In this document: one piece after another, positions 12,901 through 31,319 of the stretch | How positions within the stretch are numbered: the stretch's first letter is position 1 | Layout: every line of letters begins with the position of its first letter | Source: Phoronis australis | Taxonomy: Eukaryota > Animalia > Phoronida | Reading direction: 5' to 3' | Assembly: GCA_002633005.1 (NCBI GenBank) | Contig: NMRA01000052.1 | Coordinates: 919,235-983,234 of the forward strand | Length of the DNA stretch: 64,000 bases | The notes under the pieces: generated by a model | Told to the model about the DNA's origin: nothing | Databases searched by the model: none | What the model saw: only the letters and a program-made list of their open reading frames with translations | Translations under genes and position numbers: made by a program

Positions 12901-15898
12901 AAAGTTGCTGTTTGGTTAAGTCAGCAGTCATGTTTTGCCGTGGATTTAATAGCTGATTTCTTTGACTGGTTTATAGCAAATGGAAATGATTTATTCAATG
13001 TAATTAGGTCACCGACCCCTTTTTACAGAAATAGACACACTCTGCAAACACACAGACACACACGTGTTGGTTTAGAAAATGCAAAGACTAGAAAAAACTT
13101 TAATTTGGTGACACTATTTTCAAGTTGCAGGAAATCAGTTGAAGCATAAACTTTTTTTTGGGTAATGTGCTGGTCTTATGCTGTGATGTCTTTTACAGTT
13201 CTATTAGTGAGAACCAGTGGTTATCCTCGAGTATGAGTTGTGGTTGTTTTCTATACAGTTATTTGAAGTGAATAATGTTTTATTGTTACTTATAGATTTT
13301 CCCTAAAGATGGCGATGTCATCGTATGTAAAGGTCACAAAATGGCTGTTCGAAAGTGCAGAGTTTTTGAAGGGGGTAAAAAGTTGCTCTCTGGCTCACTT
13401 GACGGAACTCTCAAGGTATGTACAGTACAAGCCGAAATGACCCAGAATTCCCCATCATGACAGCCGGGCAGAAGCTGAATTCATTGTCAGAGTAGTCTCC
13501 CCTGATGACCGAGAATGAAGGGGAATTAACAGGAAAGTTGGTGGGGTGGCTAAGCCACGCTGTAATCAGAATTTTGCTACCCTAATAGTTATTACTGGTA
13601 ATTTCTGCTGTTGTGAAGGGGGAACAGTACTTTGTCTGATTGCATTTGTCTTGTACTGTGCTTAGTTTAACCTTTCTTGTTTGATTTAAAAATCAATCAA
13701 GAAAAGAATGTAGGCTATGGTGATGTTTTGAGATGATTTTGAAAAAGTGTAGCATTGACCTTTTGAAATTGATAATTCCTGACATTATTTGGTGCATAAT
13801 CTTTAATTATTTGAATATTAAGTGCTTTACAATTTCTTCAAATACGCTCTTGTTAAAATACCAACTCCTAACGCCTGATGTCCCTTTAATTCTCTTCCTT
13901 GTGAAAATTGAGGGTAATTAATTTTCAATGAGGTAATAGTGTATTCCTGAGAGGACCTTATGGTACCAATTGTGAGCAATGTCTCGTCAAGGTGGAAATC
14001 CAAACAATGACTTCATGGTTGTGTACTTAAACTTAATCTCACCAATTTAGGACAAAACAATTGCCGAAGTTGATTTGTTACCTTTTTCAAAGACACCTGA
14101 CAATGTTGTGAATGCCCACAGCACCAGTTACCTATCTACAGTGTTTGCTGGGAATGTGATCTTGCAATTTATCTTTTTACCAATAATGTGAGACGTCGTT
14201 GAATTGTGGGAAATTGCTCTACATTATTGGACAGAACATACGTTTCTAGTCACTAGATGGCAAGAAAGGGAGGTCAGCCCATAAATGTCTGGGATGCACA
14301 CACATCACTTTTCTTCTTCAGTTCACAAAAAGGCCAATTACATATTCCGGTGGCATCAATCAAAGTTTAAATGCACTACAGGATATGGTTTGAATTGAAG
14401 TTGGTTGTGTTGCCCTGCCGCGACTGACTGCAAAGTATTGTACACTACTGGAAAACATTATTTTTGTTATCAGACACCAGCCTTATTTTTTCAGTTCGAA
14501 AATGATTCAATATTTTGCTAGAAAAATCACCATGGCTGATCATGAAAAGCAGAATAAACAAGAAAAAAACTTCATTAAAGATGGCCTGAGAACTGATGGT
14601 GCCTTGGTAGTGGGACTTAATTTTAATTGTCTGTTTAGGTGTGGAGCACAGAAACCGGTGAACAGCTGATGAGCTGTGACCAGCACGAAGGTTACGTACT
14701 GGACTGTGACGTATCACCCAATCAGACACGATTTGTGTCCGCCTCTGTCGACGCTACACTTAAGGTGAGGTGGAAACTGATTATCAAATGTAATACAACT
14801 AAACTTGCGTAAGTCAGGCACAGGTCAGTTGGAGCTTCACACAACTCTGACAAAATTTCCCAGTACGGTTGTTCCAATTCCTGCACTTAGCCTTTCAGAT
14901 AATTCAGTTTTCACCTTACTTGACAAATTAAGTCTGCTTGTCTGGATGGATCTGACTTTTCCAAGTTTTACTTAACTGTATTTCTTGTCCAATCTGAAGA
15001 TAGTGACAATTTTGAGGAAAAAATATCCGAAACGAACAGTGTAGGAAGTGACTTAAACAAGCAGAATCATTGAATTTAGGAAACGTACATGTTTCAGATG
15101 TTGTTATAGTTGTGAAGTTTAGTCTGATGCTGACTAATACGCAGAAGGTGCAATCTCATATTAAAGATAGTAATGATTTTTGTTCTATTTTGACAAGCGC
15201 CTTCGCTTTCTTGTGGCAGTTAACATACTTGTAGAAAATTGATAACTTTTGCTGTAGGTAATCAAAGGGTACGCTGGCGTACTGGAAATATCCTTGCTGT
15301 TAGGACTTCTAGTTTTTGTTCAGATATTGTGAAAAGCAAGAGAGACTTTTGCTAAGCAACATTGTGCCTGTTGATGGGGAACGTATCTTTCACGTCTTCG
15401 AGACACAAATGAATGGCTGAGTTCTGAGTTGTGAAGAATATCATTTATTTTCAAGCTGTTGCATATTTGAGGACAGAAAACCTATTGACTGTAATTTTTT
15501 ACTTCTTCTCACAGCTGTGGAATGCAAGTAATGGTTCGGAAGTGGCCACTCTGGTGGCGCACACGGATTGCGTGCGAAGCTGCCGATTCGGTCCTGTAAG
15601 CAAAGTGCTGGCCTCTGGTGATGACCAGGGTGTAGTAAAAATTTGGACGGATCACGGAATGCAAAAATCGCTGCATCTGCACAAGAGCTGGGTTACAGAC
15701 ATCCACTTCTCCAGCAACGGAAGTCAACTGGTCTCCGTTTCCGACTGCGTTCGTTGGTTCACGAACACCGGTAGACTGTTACAGACGTTCTACCTTCACG
15801 GAAGTTTTGCACGCTACATAAAGGTTTCGAAGGATTTCCGAACATTTGTGACTACAGATAGTGCTGGTAATTTGTACGTCCTTAAGGTGGTTGAATGA
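994..15898 (+). CDS. APAF1: Apoptotic protease-activating factor 1 orthologue, 3' portion (WHD, HD2, 15 WD40 blades); CARD/NBD exons lie upstream of the window
   Basis: 15 GT-AG exons splice in frame: 994-1170, 1946-2083, 2757-2858, 3435-3610, 4940-5066, 5947-6156, 6311-6751, 7565-7693, 8566-8691, 10125-10244, 10945-11070, 12013-12141, 13296-13415, 14639-14764, 15515-15898 (TGA); 876 aa in the window. VLSVLWEEEVEMVEDIMTDLVNKSL...YYLHDLQLDFL matches the Apaf-1 winged helix (LHD motif). WFLGYHM, GPSDLISDY, PDIIQLGL and SEVYKQAK match HD2. C-terminus FRTFVTTDSAGNLYVLKVVE matches the Apaf-1 end. Confidence 0.95.
1464..1506. repeat. Perfect 20-bp hairpin with 3-nt loop
   Basis: ATGCTTAACTTGTTGTGTAT-GAT-ATACACAACAAGTTAAGCAT. 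Confidence 0.9.
3687..4283. mobile_element. piggyBac-like MITE in an Apaf-1 intron
   Basis: TIR CTCTTTCACTG(A/C)CA at both ends; TTAA TSD at 3683-3686 and 4284-4287. Confidence 0.8.
5678..5752 (-). repeat. tRNA-like repeat head (pseudo-tRNA/SINE), not a functional tRNA
   Basis: GGTCCCAATGGCTCAGTGGCTAGAGTGTCTGCACGGAGAGCAGAAGGTTCTGGGTTTGAGTCCCGGTCGGGAGCA folds into D, anticodon and T arms, but the acceptor stem is mismatched, the T-loop reads TTTGAGT and U33 is absent. Confidence 0.65.
8106..8458. mobile_element. Tc1/mariner-like MITE, same family as 18232
   Basis: AAAATTCTCCAGTTTGGGA at the left end and TCCCAAACTGGAAAATTTT at the right end. Confidence 0.55.
9475..9589. mobile_element. Inverted pair of Penelope-like pseudo-LTR fragments with minimal hammerhead ribozyme motif
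   Basis: Minus 9514-9475 reads TGCTT CTGAAGA TGGTGTTTTAATAAATGCC GAAA CATGT. Plus 9557-9589 reads GGTGTTTCAATAAATGCC GAAA CATG TC AAGCA. 27-bp IR with one mismatch. Confidence 0.6.
10082..10120. repeat. (ATT)n microsatellite
   Basis: ATTATTATT...GTTATTGTT immediately before the Apaf-1 acceptor at 10123-10124. Confidence 0.9.
12158..12490 (+). mobile_element. tRNA-derived SINE, apparently full length, in an Apaf-1 intron
   Basis: A-box-like TGGCTTAGTGTG, B-box GGTTTGAGTCCC and an (AAC)-type tail. The first ~195 bp are shared with a second copy at 33690-33883. Confidence 0.75.
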
Positions 15899-18231
15899 TG
15901 TAAATGTGTTGACAATCATTGACAATGTGACAGTGCTAAGAACTGGTGCAGCAGAACCACATCGTTTCTCTGCCAATTTTATGTGGTTGGTAGCTTACAT
16001 TGGTATTTTCAGGTTAGCACTACGTTGTAATAAATGTTTTGAAATGTTTAGTAATCATTATAATTGTATTGTTACTGATGCTCTGTTTTATGTTGACAGG
16101 AAAATCACTGGTTAATAATTAAAAGCAAGTTTTGTATTTTTTATTTGATTCTATTATCTGCTCAGTTTTGAAAGTCCAGTGCTGAAAAATTTGGAATTTG
16201 ATCTTTGTGTGTATTACATTTTATTCAATGGGCATATTGTTTACTTAATTATGAGTACCCTTACAATGTGGTGTAAATTGTTTGGACAACTAGCAAGACT
16301 ACTTGAGAGATGATGCCTGGTGTTTCAAAAATTAACAGGATTTAAAATTATAGCATTTTTGCAGTCGTGAACTATCACTTCAGGTATGAGCTTGGAGTGA
16401 GCGCATGAAACATATAATTGCATTGCCTGTTTGTGTTCTAAACGTGTCATACAGCCAGCGTAAAATAATGTTTTCAAATCGGGTCCAACATTTCGAAACA
16501 CTCGTGACACATTGTAAAGTTTAGAACATAGTCAGTCTTGTGAAAATCATTTTGAAGCAAGACTTGTACCAGGTGTCACTAAATGGAACTTAAGATTTCA
16601 ACTATTTTGACAGAGAATAAAGCCTGCTACAAACAGGAAAAACAGCGATCATCAGAGATCGGTTGTTGGAAAGGGTGAAGTTAGTTGCTAATCTTTTGTT
16701 GTCATGTGTTCTCAAGCTATTGTCATTTAGTTTATTCTAATATAACTCAATGTTAGAGAAATGACTCTCAAGGTATTATATCCAGGTGTATGTTGTTCAG
16801 CCAAAAATAATCAGTTGATTGCCTTTCCACCGTTTTAACTGCAGTGTTAGTTTCAAGTAACTAGCCAACTCTACGAGTAACGTCATTAAACTGCTGTTTA
16901 CACTGTATTAAGTGTACCACAAAACATCCCCAAATTCAATGGGTGGTAATTTGAACTTTTACATTACTTTGTAAACACAAAATTTCCACAATGAGTAACG
17001 TTATGTTAACTCACGGTGTAACAAATTTCAAGAGACCCGAGTTTGAAGTTAAAAAAGTATTCGGTTAAAATAAAGAATCTTATGAGGGTGATTGAAGGAA
17101 ATATATACACAGTCGTATTCAGCATAGCAATACAATAATGGAACTTAGATGTGTCAAATCGTAAGATGGATCACACTGGGATTTCACAGGTGCTAAATAT
17201 TAGCTTAATACTAGGAAAATTTGCCTAAGTGACTGCTGTGTCTGTAGCTGTAAAAACCATGACTAATTGAACTGACGACGAGGGTCACACTAACAGAAAA
17301 ATTGACACTCTTGCCATGTTTGAATACGATACTATGTGGTGAATTTTCGAATGACGTAAATGTTTCCTTTATCAGATGCATACGCAGTATTTGTTCGACC
17401 AACAGTTCTCAATTTGATGCTGCGTCAAAATGCATCAAGCTGAGATGACAATTCACAATTAAAATTGTAGAGCATGTAGCAAACAATTATTTATAGTTTC
17501 AAAAATACATTCGAAGTTGCTTAAGATACCACCCCTTGAAGATTGGAATGTTTTCTGTTACATCCGTTATGCACACCTTGAACAGGGAATGTCATGATGT
17601 GTCTAGTCATGTCGTTATTGAAATTGTTATTCCACTAAGATCATACCATGTTATTTTTTGTTGTTTGTTACATTTGTGATACTTGTTTGCATTTTGTGAA
17701 TGTATTCTGCCTCTGCAAATATACATGATGTTCATGCTGGTGGTTTTCAGTCTCTAACATTTTCACAAGATAACCTTGAAACAATCTTGTGTCATGGTTA
17801 TATAGAACCCAAGAAAAGTGTCCAAATTCAACGAACTTCGGGACATCAAATCTAGGAAGTGGCCGATTGGATTCATATAAAACTTGCTATGCCTTGTTCT
17901 CCAAAATGCAGTGAGGAACAGTTTTTAAATGGTCTGCTTTTGCACGAGGGGCTATAAAAATAGGACTCGTCGTTTTTTTTTGAAAAATATGTTGCATAAA
18001 CTGAATAATTTAGAAAACTAACAACATTTCTAATATTTCATCAGGAATATGCGATATCAAATGAAATTCGGCCATGTCATTGATACCATTGTTTTGCTAT
18101 TAATGTACCTTTGGCACCAGGCCACCTGCACCTTTTTTAAATTTTATTAAAGTCATGTGACCCAGTTAAGGGCTGACTACGTTAAGAGTCAATAATCAAA
18201 TTCTACAGGTTTTCTACTTTCGGAAAATGTA

Positions 18232-18524
18232 TACGATAAAATTCTCCAATTTGGGACTGTCTCTAGAATTTGGGACACAGAAACTCCTGCAAAAAATGAA
18301 TTTTCTGGAATTTGGGACAAGGGCAACTTTGATGTTCACCCTATTTGTCAAATTTCCACAAGATGTTTTCAATCTACAGAGCGGGTAATTTTGCTGTTTC
18401 CAGTGGTTATTGAATTTGGGACTGCACAGTGAATATTGTCTATTTCTAGAAACTGGGACAAGTTTCAACCTCGAACAAAAGAATTAATTTTTCGCTGTCT
18501 CAAATTGGAGAATTTTTACCTGTA
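18232..18524. mobile_element. Tc1/mariner-like MITE (AAAATTCTCCAATTTGGGAC family)
   Basis: TIR AAAATTCTCCAATTTGGGAC / GTCTCAAATTGGAGAATTTT; internal repeated AATTTGGGAC motifs; related copies at ~8106-8458 and ~44268-44656. Confidence 0.65.
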
Positions 18525-20004
18525 TTTTTACCTGTATTTTTACCTGTATTTGATAAATACACAGACTCGTTGATAAGGTCCTACATGATCTCAAGGTTGT
18601 GCCTTCCTGCTTGTACTAAGTATCTATTATTCTTGCGTTTATTTGGCTTAATAGTGTGTCAATAAGGTCTTGCATAACTTGAACATTCTTCTCGCTAAGT
18701 CTTGAAGCTAGTAATAATACTAGTTTGGTCACGAAAGACATTAACAAACTCGAAAGTCAAAGTCTTAGTCAATATTTGTGAATTATTGCCGATCAAACAA
18801 GTAGTGAAATCCATGTTCTTGTACAGAGGCCAAACACAAAAAAAAACATGACAGGTAAAAATTGTATTTTGAAACCGGGATGCACAAAATTTTTGTTAAT
18901 ACAATGCGACACTTCAGGAATTGCAAAGTAACAACATAGACGCCAACAGTGCCATGGCAACATAGTGTATTGGGGGTTATCATTTGTTGCTCAACTGACC
19001 TTTCTACGAACTGATGTGAACTGACAAGTGCTCATCCAGAGTGAAGAATCGTGAGAAAATTCAGGGGATTTCATCTACGGCGCTGTTGCCAATTTCAAGT
19101 TCCTTGTGGGATGGTTGCCTCGTAAATGTCCGGTGAGATTACAGATAACATGTAAGCGTGTAATCCGATTTATAATTTGCACGATCGGATGGCACCTGCC
19201 TAGAGTTGCAGTGGAAACGTCCACTCAAGCGACAAGTGTTGGTTTTTATCATATTTACACGTAACCAAGTTTCTGTGTAGTCACCGAATGTTTCAAGCTA
19301 GCAACTGTCCCACAATTCATTTGAAAAACGACAGTGCGATAGATGAATCCCCTACCCCGAATTCTGTCACCAGACACCATTAATCAGCATCAATTAAGTT
19401 TTAGTGATTTTCCACAATTAATTGCACTAACAAACCTGTGCAATCTAAACAGTGATTGGTGTCTAGTAACAATCACAAGAGAGGCAGGCAAACTTACAAC
19501 TTTATCCTAACTAGCTAAAACAATATTACGTCTTGTTTTAGCCCATTAACTCGACAAATCACAAAATCTTAGAAACAAAATCGTGGTGTGTAACTCTGGT
19601 CAATCCTTGAAGTCTTACACCAGTTTGAAATTCCAGATAAGGCCACAAAAGCATAGTTGGTCCTCGTCTCTACCCGACTTATTTCGAGATCTAGGGTCCA
19701 TTTCATGAAAAGTGACTGAAGACAGAAATTGAGTAATCAGATTTGCACAACCATTTCTGAAAACCAGTTAAATCTCACTTGAGCAAAAATGAAAAAGTCC
19801 GAGAATTTACACTAGGATAATTTCTATTAATTATTTACAGATGCTGATGAGCCCATGATTACTTAGCTAAACCTTTATTCAGTAACTGTGAAGTGGAGGT
19901 GCCAGACAATGTCCATCTTCAAGTCATATTTCAGGAAACAGATCCCTGCACTCACAGATTAAAAAAACGCTCACCGTCATCCATTCCACCCAAGGTCAGG
20001 TGTT

Positions 20005-20010
20005 TTTATT
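20005..20010 (-). terminator. Candidate polyadenylation signal for the long CHIC 3' UTR
   Basis: TTTATT on + (AATAAA on -) at the end of a ~3.4-kb tract that is U-rich on the minus strand downstream of the CHIC stop. Confidence 0.3.
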
Positions 20011-23000
20011 TGAAGCACTGCACAAAGGCACAGTGAAATCGGCTTAACAGCGTTTAAGATCCATTTACGTATAAGGTTGGTGGGTTTTTTCGACACGTGA
20101 CACCAAAGAATATTTTTTTAAATAATTGCAGAGGAAAATTCTGGACACTCTAATGGCCAACTTCTTGATAGTTAACAACAAATATGTTTTCAGTGAAAAG
20201 GGTTTTTACACTTAAAACTAGAACTAAACATCCACTTCTGATACAACCTAATATTACACACTATCGTCTATTAAAGCCATAAAATTATAAATAATAACAA
20301 ACATAAGTTACTCTCACAATACTGTTTTCCAATCCATAACAGTTTTCTCAGAGCCATAGTTTCCATTTAAAGTTACATTGACAACGTCTTCGACGGATCA
20401 AAATTTACCAACCTCAAAGTGAAACCAAGCTCAAAATAACACCCATGAGCTCCACTGTGACCATTGCATAACCTCAGAAATCAAGGAAGGCTAACATGCC
20501 GTATTTCAGGACTCAAGGTTTGACGCGTCGCAAAATTAAATGAAAACTGACATGTGAAACGGGATGCTATCCTTAAACAGCGCTCAAATATAGCTTTAAC
20601 AATGAGCTAAGGTGCTCAAAACAAGGTCACGACTATAGCATTACATTTAAAAGAATGCATTATCTTACACATAATTAAGAAAAATAGTCCTCTTAATAGT
20701 GAATATACAAAACTTTACTCCTCTGACAACTACATAACATAGCTGTTCACATTGCAAACATTTTCACACCTGGTCACGCAAACATGATACTATCATTGCT
20801 ATAGCTAGCACAATACAAACTAAGCTAAAAATTACAACATGTGACACTAAGCAGAATGAGTTGCACGACTACGAGCAATAAATGATAATTGAGCTTGAAA
20901 CAAACAAGGCTTTTGTTAAGGGCACTGTCACACCAAACGTGAACACAGAACGTCATAGCTTCTCTTACCATCTCGATGACATGGCCTAGGGAAGGCAAGA
21001 ACTAGAAACAATCAAATTTGGACAAAAACACGCCTTGAATGCGACACTGTCCACGATGACCTCACTAAGCTTGCAAAACGCTTTGTGGGTTCCTTCTTTT
21101 TTTTCCATTTTTAAGATTGCACTGACCACAGCATGGCGTGACAGAGCCCCCAAATCTTCACTCGTGCTTTGAATGAATGGAGGTGAAAGTGATGGATATG
21201 AGCTTGGAATGTCCCCACAGAAAGTGAAATAGTGTGCATACAAATCAAGATGGCCAATTGATCTGCTACGTCGCATAAATCGGTTCACATTTTGAAAAAC
21301 AAACACTTTCAGCTTGGATTTCCGTGTCCCGGACTTTAGAGACTCCAAAAACTGAAGAATTTTTCTCGTATGTAAAGCGAGGTCTAGCTAAGTAAAAAAC
21401 GCTTCTCCTGTGTTCGAGTGCAATGGGCATTGCTGACAGTTGCGCAGCTTCTAAACATTCATATATCACAGCCATCTGTTTTATAAGCTGTTTATACATG
21501 TACAAGATAGTTAACATAAAACAGCTACACTGCATGCACAGGGATTTTTTTCGCAATAGAAAATTACACTTTTGTGGATTGGCAGCACAAAAGGAGAAAC
21601 CTTTGTCTGTTTTTTGGACCTTAAGACATCTGGCAATAAATGGAACATACGAACACCATACTACGCAGGTCACTAGGATATTTTTCATTGTCAAGCGCAA
21701 CATATACTCTCCTCATCATTGCAATAATCACAAAAGCCTTTGAAAAATTAGGAAACCTTGCATGTATCCCTTATATAAAACAGATCGCAGCTGTACAGTA
21801 ACCAAAACATAGTGATCAGTGGACATCGTTATCACTATGTTTTTCATCTGGATTGTAGCTGAGGTGATGCCGGTTAAGGTTCTAAAAACGTGCACTTAAT
21901 GTTCAGTAAATCTAAACACACCGACAAGTTGATATGTTGACACTTCGTCCTATACAGCTGAACTCATGCTTAAATAACCATTCAACAACCAGATAAAGAT
22001 TATCCTCACCAGACTCATATCTTAGGAGAGTTTGGGTTAGAGACTATAATCACTTTTCTCCCAACTGCAGATACATGACACAGGAACTGTAACCATGCGT
22101 CATGTGACTACCAGATTTTTTTGCAGATGTATGCAACCACACAATGAAAGTGGGGCAAAATTTGACAAAATTTCATGAAGGTTAATGAAATGAGCAAGAC
22201 AAGTGCATTAATTTTACACATGCCAAATAAGGCAATACAAATACCATACATACCCTTGAAATACATAAGCACGTGTCTAAGTTTTCAATGAGATCAAAAT
22301 GAAACTAACACTTGATAAAATGACTTTTCATCAAACATGAATGTTACACAATTGGCAAACGCGTGTTGATAAAACTGAAAATTATATGCACGGTGAAATC
22401 TCAGCTTACAACGCAAACTTCATTTCATGCACACTGTCAAATCAAAACATAACTACAGTAATATCTAGCCAATATGGTAGATAAGTGTAATTTTAGGTTT
22501 CCATTCTTTCACAAAACATTAGTGGGATCAAAAATGCTTTATCTTTAACTTCTACACCACAGGTACCAGCAGACAATGTTTTGAGAAATTGACATCATCA
22601 ATGATGTCACACGACTTTGAAAAATGTTAAAAGAACACTTTTGATAATTATTATTTTGGTCCAGGAATAGTCAAGTTACAGCTTTGTTTACTTTGTTATG
22701 ACTTTTGTGACAAGATCATAATGTATTTTGGGAATTAAACCCAACAACATGCAATTTGTAATCTTGTACTTCTGTCAAGCACCCGACACTACAAAATTTA
22801 AATCAACAATAACGCAAAGGTACTAAAACAAATCTCATTGAGTAAAAAATAGCCTATAGTTTTTCTGCCACGATTTCAAACTTTAAAATTTTGCGAAATT
22901 GTAAATTAGAATTAATTTTCACGTAATTCCCAAGTGGAGCCAAAACAGAATTTTCAAAGACTGGTGAAATAATCGTGTCCTTTTCTAATTTTTGGCTATT

Positions 23001-23440
23001 TGTAAACGGGTATCATTAACAAATAAATACAAAAGAGTTATTGTCATTCCCATTGTTCAGTGAAAATCAATTTCATACCAGACATAAAAGCAGTGTAGAT
23101 TGTAAAAACTCGAAAAATGTAAATCTCAAATGTCTGCCTATGAGGGCCATTTGTGACAAGAGCATTTCTTTATCTTACTCATCAAATAACAGGCCTGTGA
23201 TAAAAAATTATTTCAAAAGCAGTTCACAATTCAAAAACACAATTTTCATAAAATCATGCGATAAAACTGTGCCCATACAACATGCCTAGCTTGTACAAAA
23301 ACACATCACACTCCTTGGTCGATGAGAGTCTCTTTTTTCCAAAAGCATCTCGTTCACTCTAAATTGTACTTAAAATACTCGGTTGATTTGCATTGAATGA
23401 GTGTAGAATGTCCCACGGTTACACAGCTGGCCAACAGGCG

Positions 23441-28770
<5,330 letters not shown>

Positions 28771-29605
28771 TGTCTTTCGTAATTTTCCGTAAAATCGACG
28801 GAAACACACGAAGGGTTCGTTTCAGCAGTACCAGGTTATTTCAGCAGACGCATCAGCCACTCCGGGGGGAGCGTACTTACACAATGGGATTATGTACTAG
28901 GACGTGACTGTACGCTGTAAAGATTATTTTTTGCATTAAATTCCTCATGGAAGGGTTGGAATTCAAAGAGAGATCCATTTTCAGTTGCCACAAAACTATA
29001 CAGAAGGATTTTATTAGGACTGTTGCGTGACCACGCCTCAACTTAGAGGGGGAACATTCTTCAGTGCAGTACATTTAATTAGTGCGCATGGGCCTTAAAA
29101 TGGGTCATGCACCCACAGAGAAGCTACGATAATATCCAGAATTAGGCGCATGTGACTATATGCGAACCATTTGAGGAAAACCATGCTTAAATGTTCTGAA
29201 TGCTGAAGGTTCACATTATATAACGTAATTGTTGATGTAGGTTATGTAGACACTGGTCTTGCTTAAAAATACACAACCTTAGTGTTTGTTTTCTTATTGC
29301 ACATGGTACTTGGTGGTCAAAAGCACCGAAAACAACTTCAGCAATGTTGCAATGCAACATGGTCCAGTTTAACAATTGAAAAATGCTAAGGACGCACCTG
29401 TGTAACGAACTTTCGTAGTGCGCCTGTGGACCTTACGGTCCATGCGTCTATATGTACAAGACACCATGGATTTTTGTTTACGAAAACGCATTATTTTGAA
29501 TGCAATCACATGAGTCAAAATTAGAGTTAGTATTAATGAATATTTCTTTATCTATATACGATATTTGGACTGACAGCAGAATATTATATGTTTTAATTGC
29601 ATTCC

Positions 29606-30489
29606 GGGGTAACCTCCAGCCGTAACAGTTTTCTGTGCCACTGGATCAAGGTTTCCTCAGCCGAGAGAGTGGGATTGCCCCAGTGCAACGGCTTTACCAN
29701 AGCGTCATCTCAAAAGATGGCAGCTTAGACAAAGAGATTGCTTCCAGGATAAGCAAGGTGATTCAAAGGCACTCGGAAGACTGAGAACACGGGTGCTCAA
29801 CGAACACAACATCCGCCTGTCTACAAAAATGAAGGTGTATTCTTCAGTGGTCCTGACCTCTCTGCTCTATGACTGCGGGTCATGGACCCTCTACTGCAGA
29901 CCGCACATCAAGAAACTTGAGAGCTTCCACATGCGTTCTCTTCGCTCCATCCTAGGAATCCGATGGCAGGACCGAATCACCAACCTTGAGGTCCTAGAAC
30001 GTGCCCAGTCACTGAACCAGCATTGAAGCGATGCTACTCAAGGCCCAACTGCGATGGGTGGGGCACATCATCAGGATGGAGGACTACAGAATGCCTCGCC
30101 AGCTTTTGTAAGGCGAGCTGAAGACTGGGAGAAGGAAGCAAGGACGCCCTCGCCTTCGCTACAAAGACACCGTCAAAGCCAACTGAAGTGCCCGGGTGCA
30201 ACATCAAACCCCAAGGAGCTGAAAGCTGTTGCAGGAGTGAGACCAAAGTGGCGAGCCACGATTCGAAAAGCAACTGCCAGTTTTGAGGATGACCGCTGTA
30301 AGAGACTCGAAGCTGCTCAAGAGAAACGCCACTCAGCAGCATCCACCACTGTTACGACGACGGAGTTCCAATGCCCCACCTGTGCTCGACTCTGCGCGTC
30401 AAGACTGGGACTGTAGAGCCATCTTCGTGTACATAGACGATGAGACACACAACCTACGTCATCTTCGGACCCGAGGGACTACCAACTAG
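29606..30489 (+). mobile_element. RTE-clade non-LTR retrotransposon (3' end of RT ORF, pseudogenised)
   Basis: Translated fragments LSTKMKVYSSVVLTSLLY, LESFHMRSLRSILGIRWQDRITNLEVLERA, QLRWVGHIIRMEDYRMPRQLL, RKQGRPRLRYKD and a C-terminal C2H2 finger CPTCARLCASRLGL*SHLRVH. 11-bp TSD AATTGCATTCC at 29595-29605 and 30490-30500. Single N at 29700. Confidence 0.9.
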
Positions 30490-30969
30490 AATTGCATTCC
30501 ACATTATCTCCAAAAACAATAATCATTGCAGTTCGAGTAAAATCCGTGATGATTTTAATTACTTGTTCTCTGTCCAGTGATAATCAAGAAAATGCAAATA
30601 CAATGTCGCCACGACTGAGTTCTAGGCTCTTCATTTTTAGTAATCGATGACCCGAAGCGATTATGAAAATGCAAGCTTGCCGGAAAAGACACAATTGCCA
30701 GGACTGAAATACCTGTATTGAGCATTACACCAGTTAAAATTACTGATACATTGCATGATCATTTGTCTGAAGTCGAATCATAGATTAAATACTCGGAGTA
30801 CTTTATCTACGCTTGCATACCATACCGTATGCGTATTTCTATATTCCCACGGTCATTAGCCAAGTTACACCGCAAAAAGACTGCCATGTTGTTGACAAGA
30901 TGTACACTCCTTAGACAATAAATACATTTACCTCTGCAGTGAGATTTTTATAGTTAGTGTCAGAAAAAT

Positions 30970-31273
30970 AGGGTGAAAACAATTTCCACCTGGGTTGAAA
31001 TAGTTTCCACCCAGGTGAAAATAGTTTCTACCCAGGTGAAAATAATTTCCACCTAGGTCGAAATAGTTTCCACCCAGGTGAAAATAGTTTCCACCCAGGT
31101 GAAAATAATTTCCACCTAGGTTGAAATAGTTTCCACCCGGGTGAAAATAGTTTCCACCCAGGTGAAAATAGTTTCCACACAGGTGAAAATAGTTTTCCAC
31201 CCAGGTGAAAATAGTTTCCACCCAGGTGAAAATAGTTTCCACCTAGGTTGAATTATTTTCACCTAGGTGGAAA
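30970..31273. repeat. 21-bp minisatellite (TTTCCACCCAGGTGAAAATAG), ~14 units
   Basis: Direct inspection; it explains the repetitive GGNYFHL 'ORF' on the minus strand. Confidence 0.95.
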
Positions 31274-31319
31274 ATGAAAAATGAAAAAATAATTAAACTA
31301 AAGTAGCGATGATACTTTC

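Noticed and set aside
30928-31242. 104-aa ORF with GGNYFHL repeats
   Set aside because: Translation of the 21-bp minisatellite; no splice or homology support.
30970-31273. CRISPR-like regularly spaced repeats
   Set aside because: Units are directly adjacent with no unique spacers; eukaryotic context, no cas genes.
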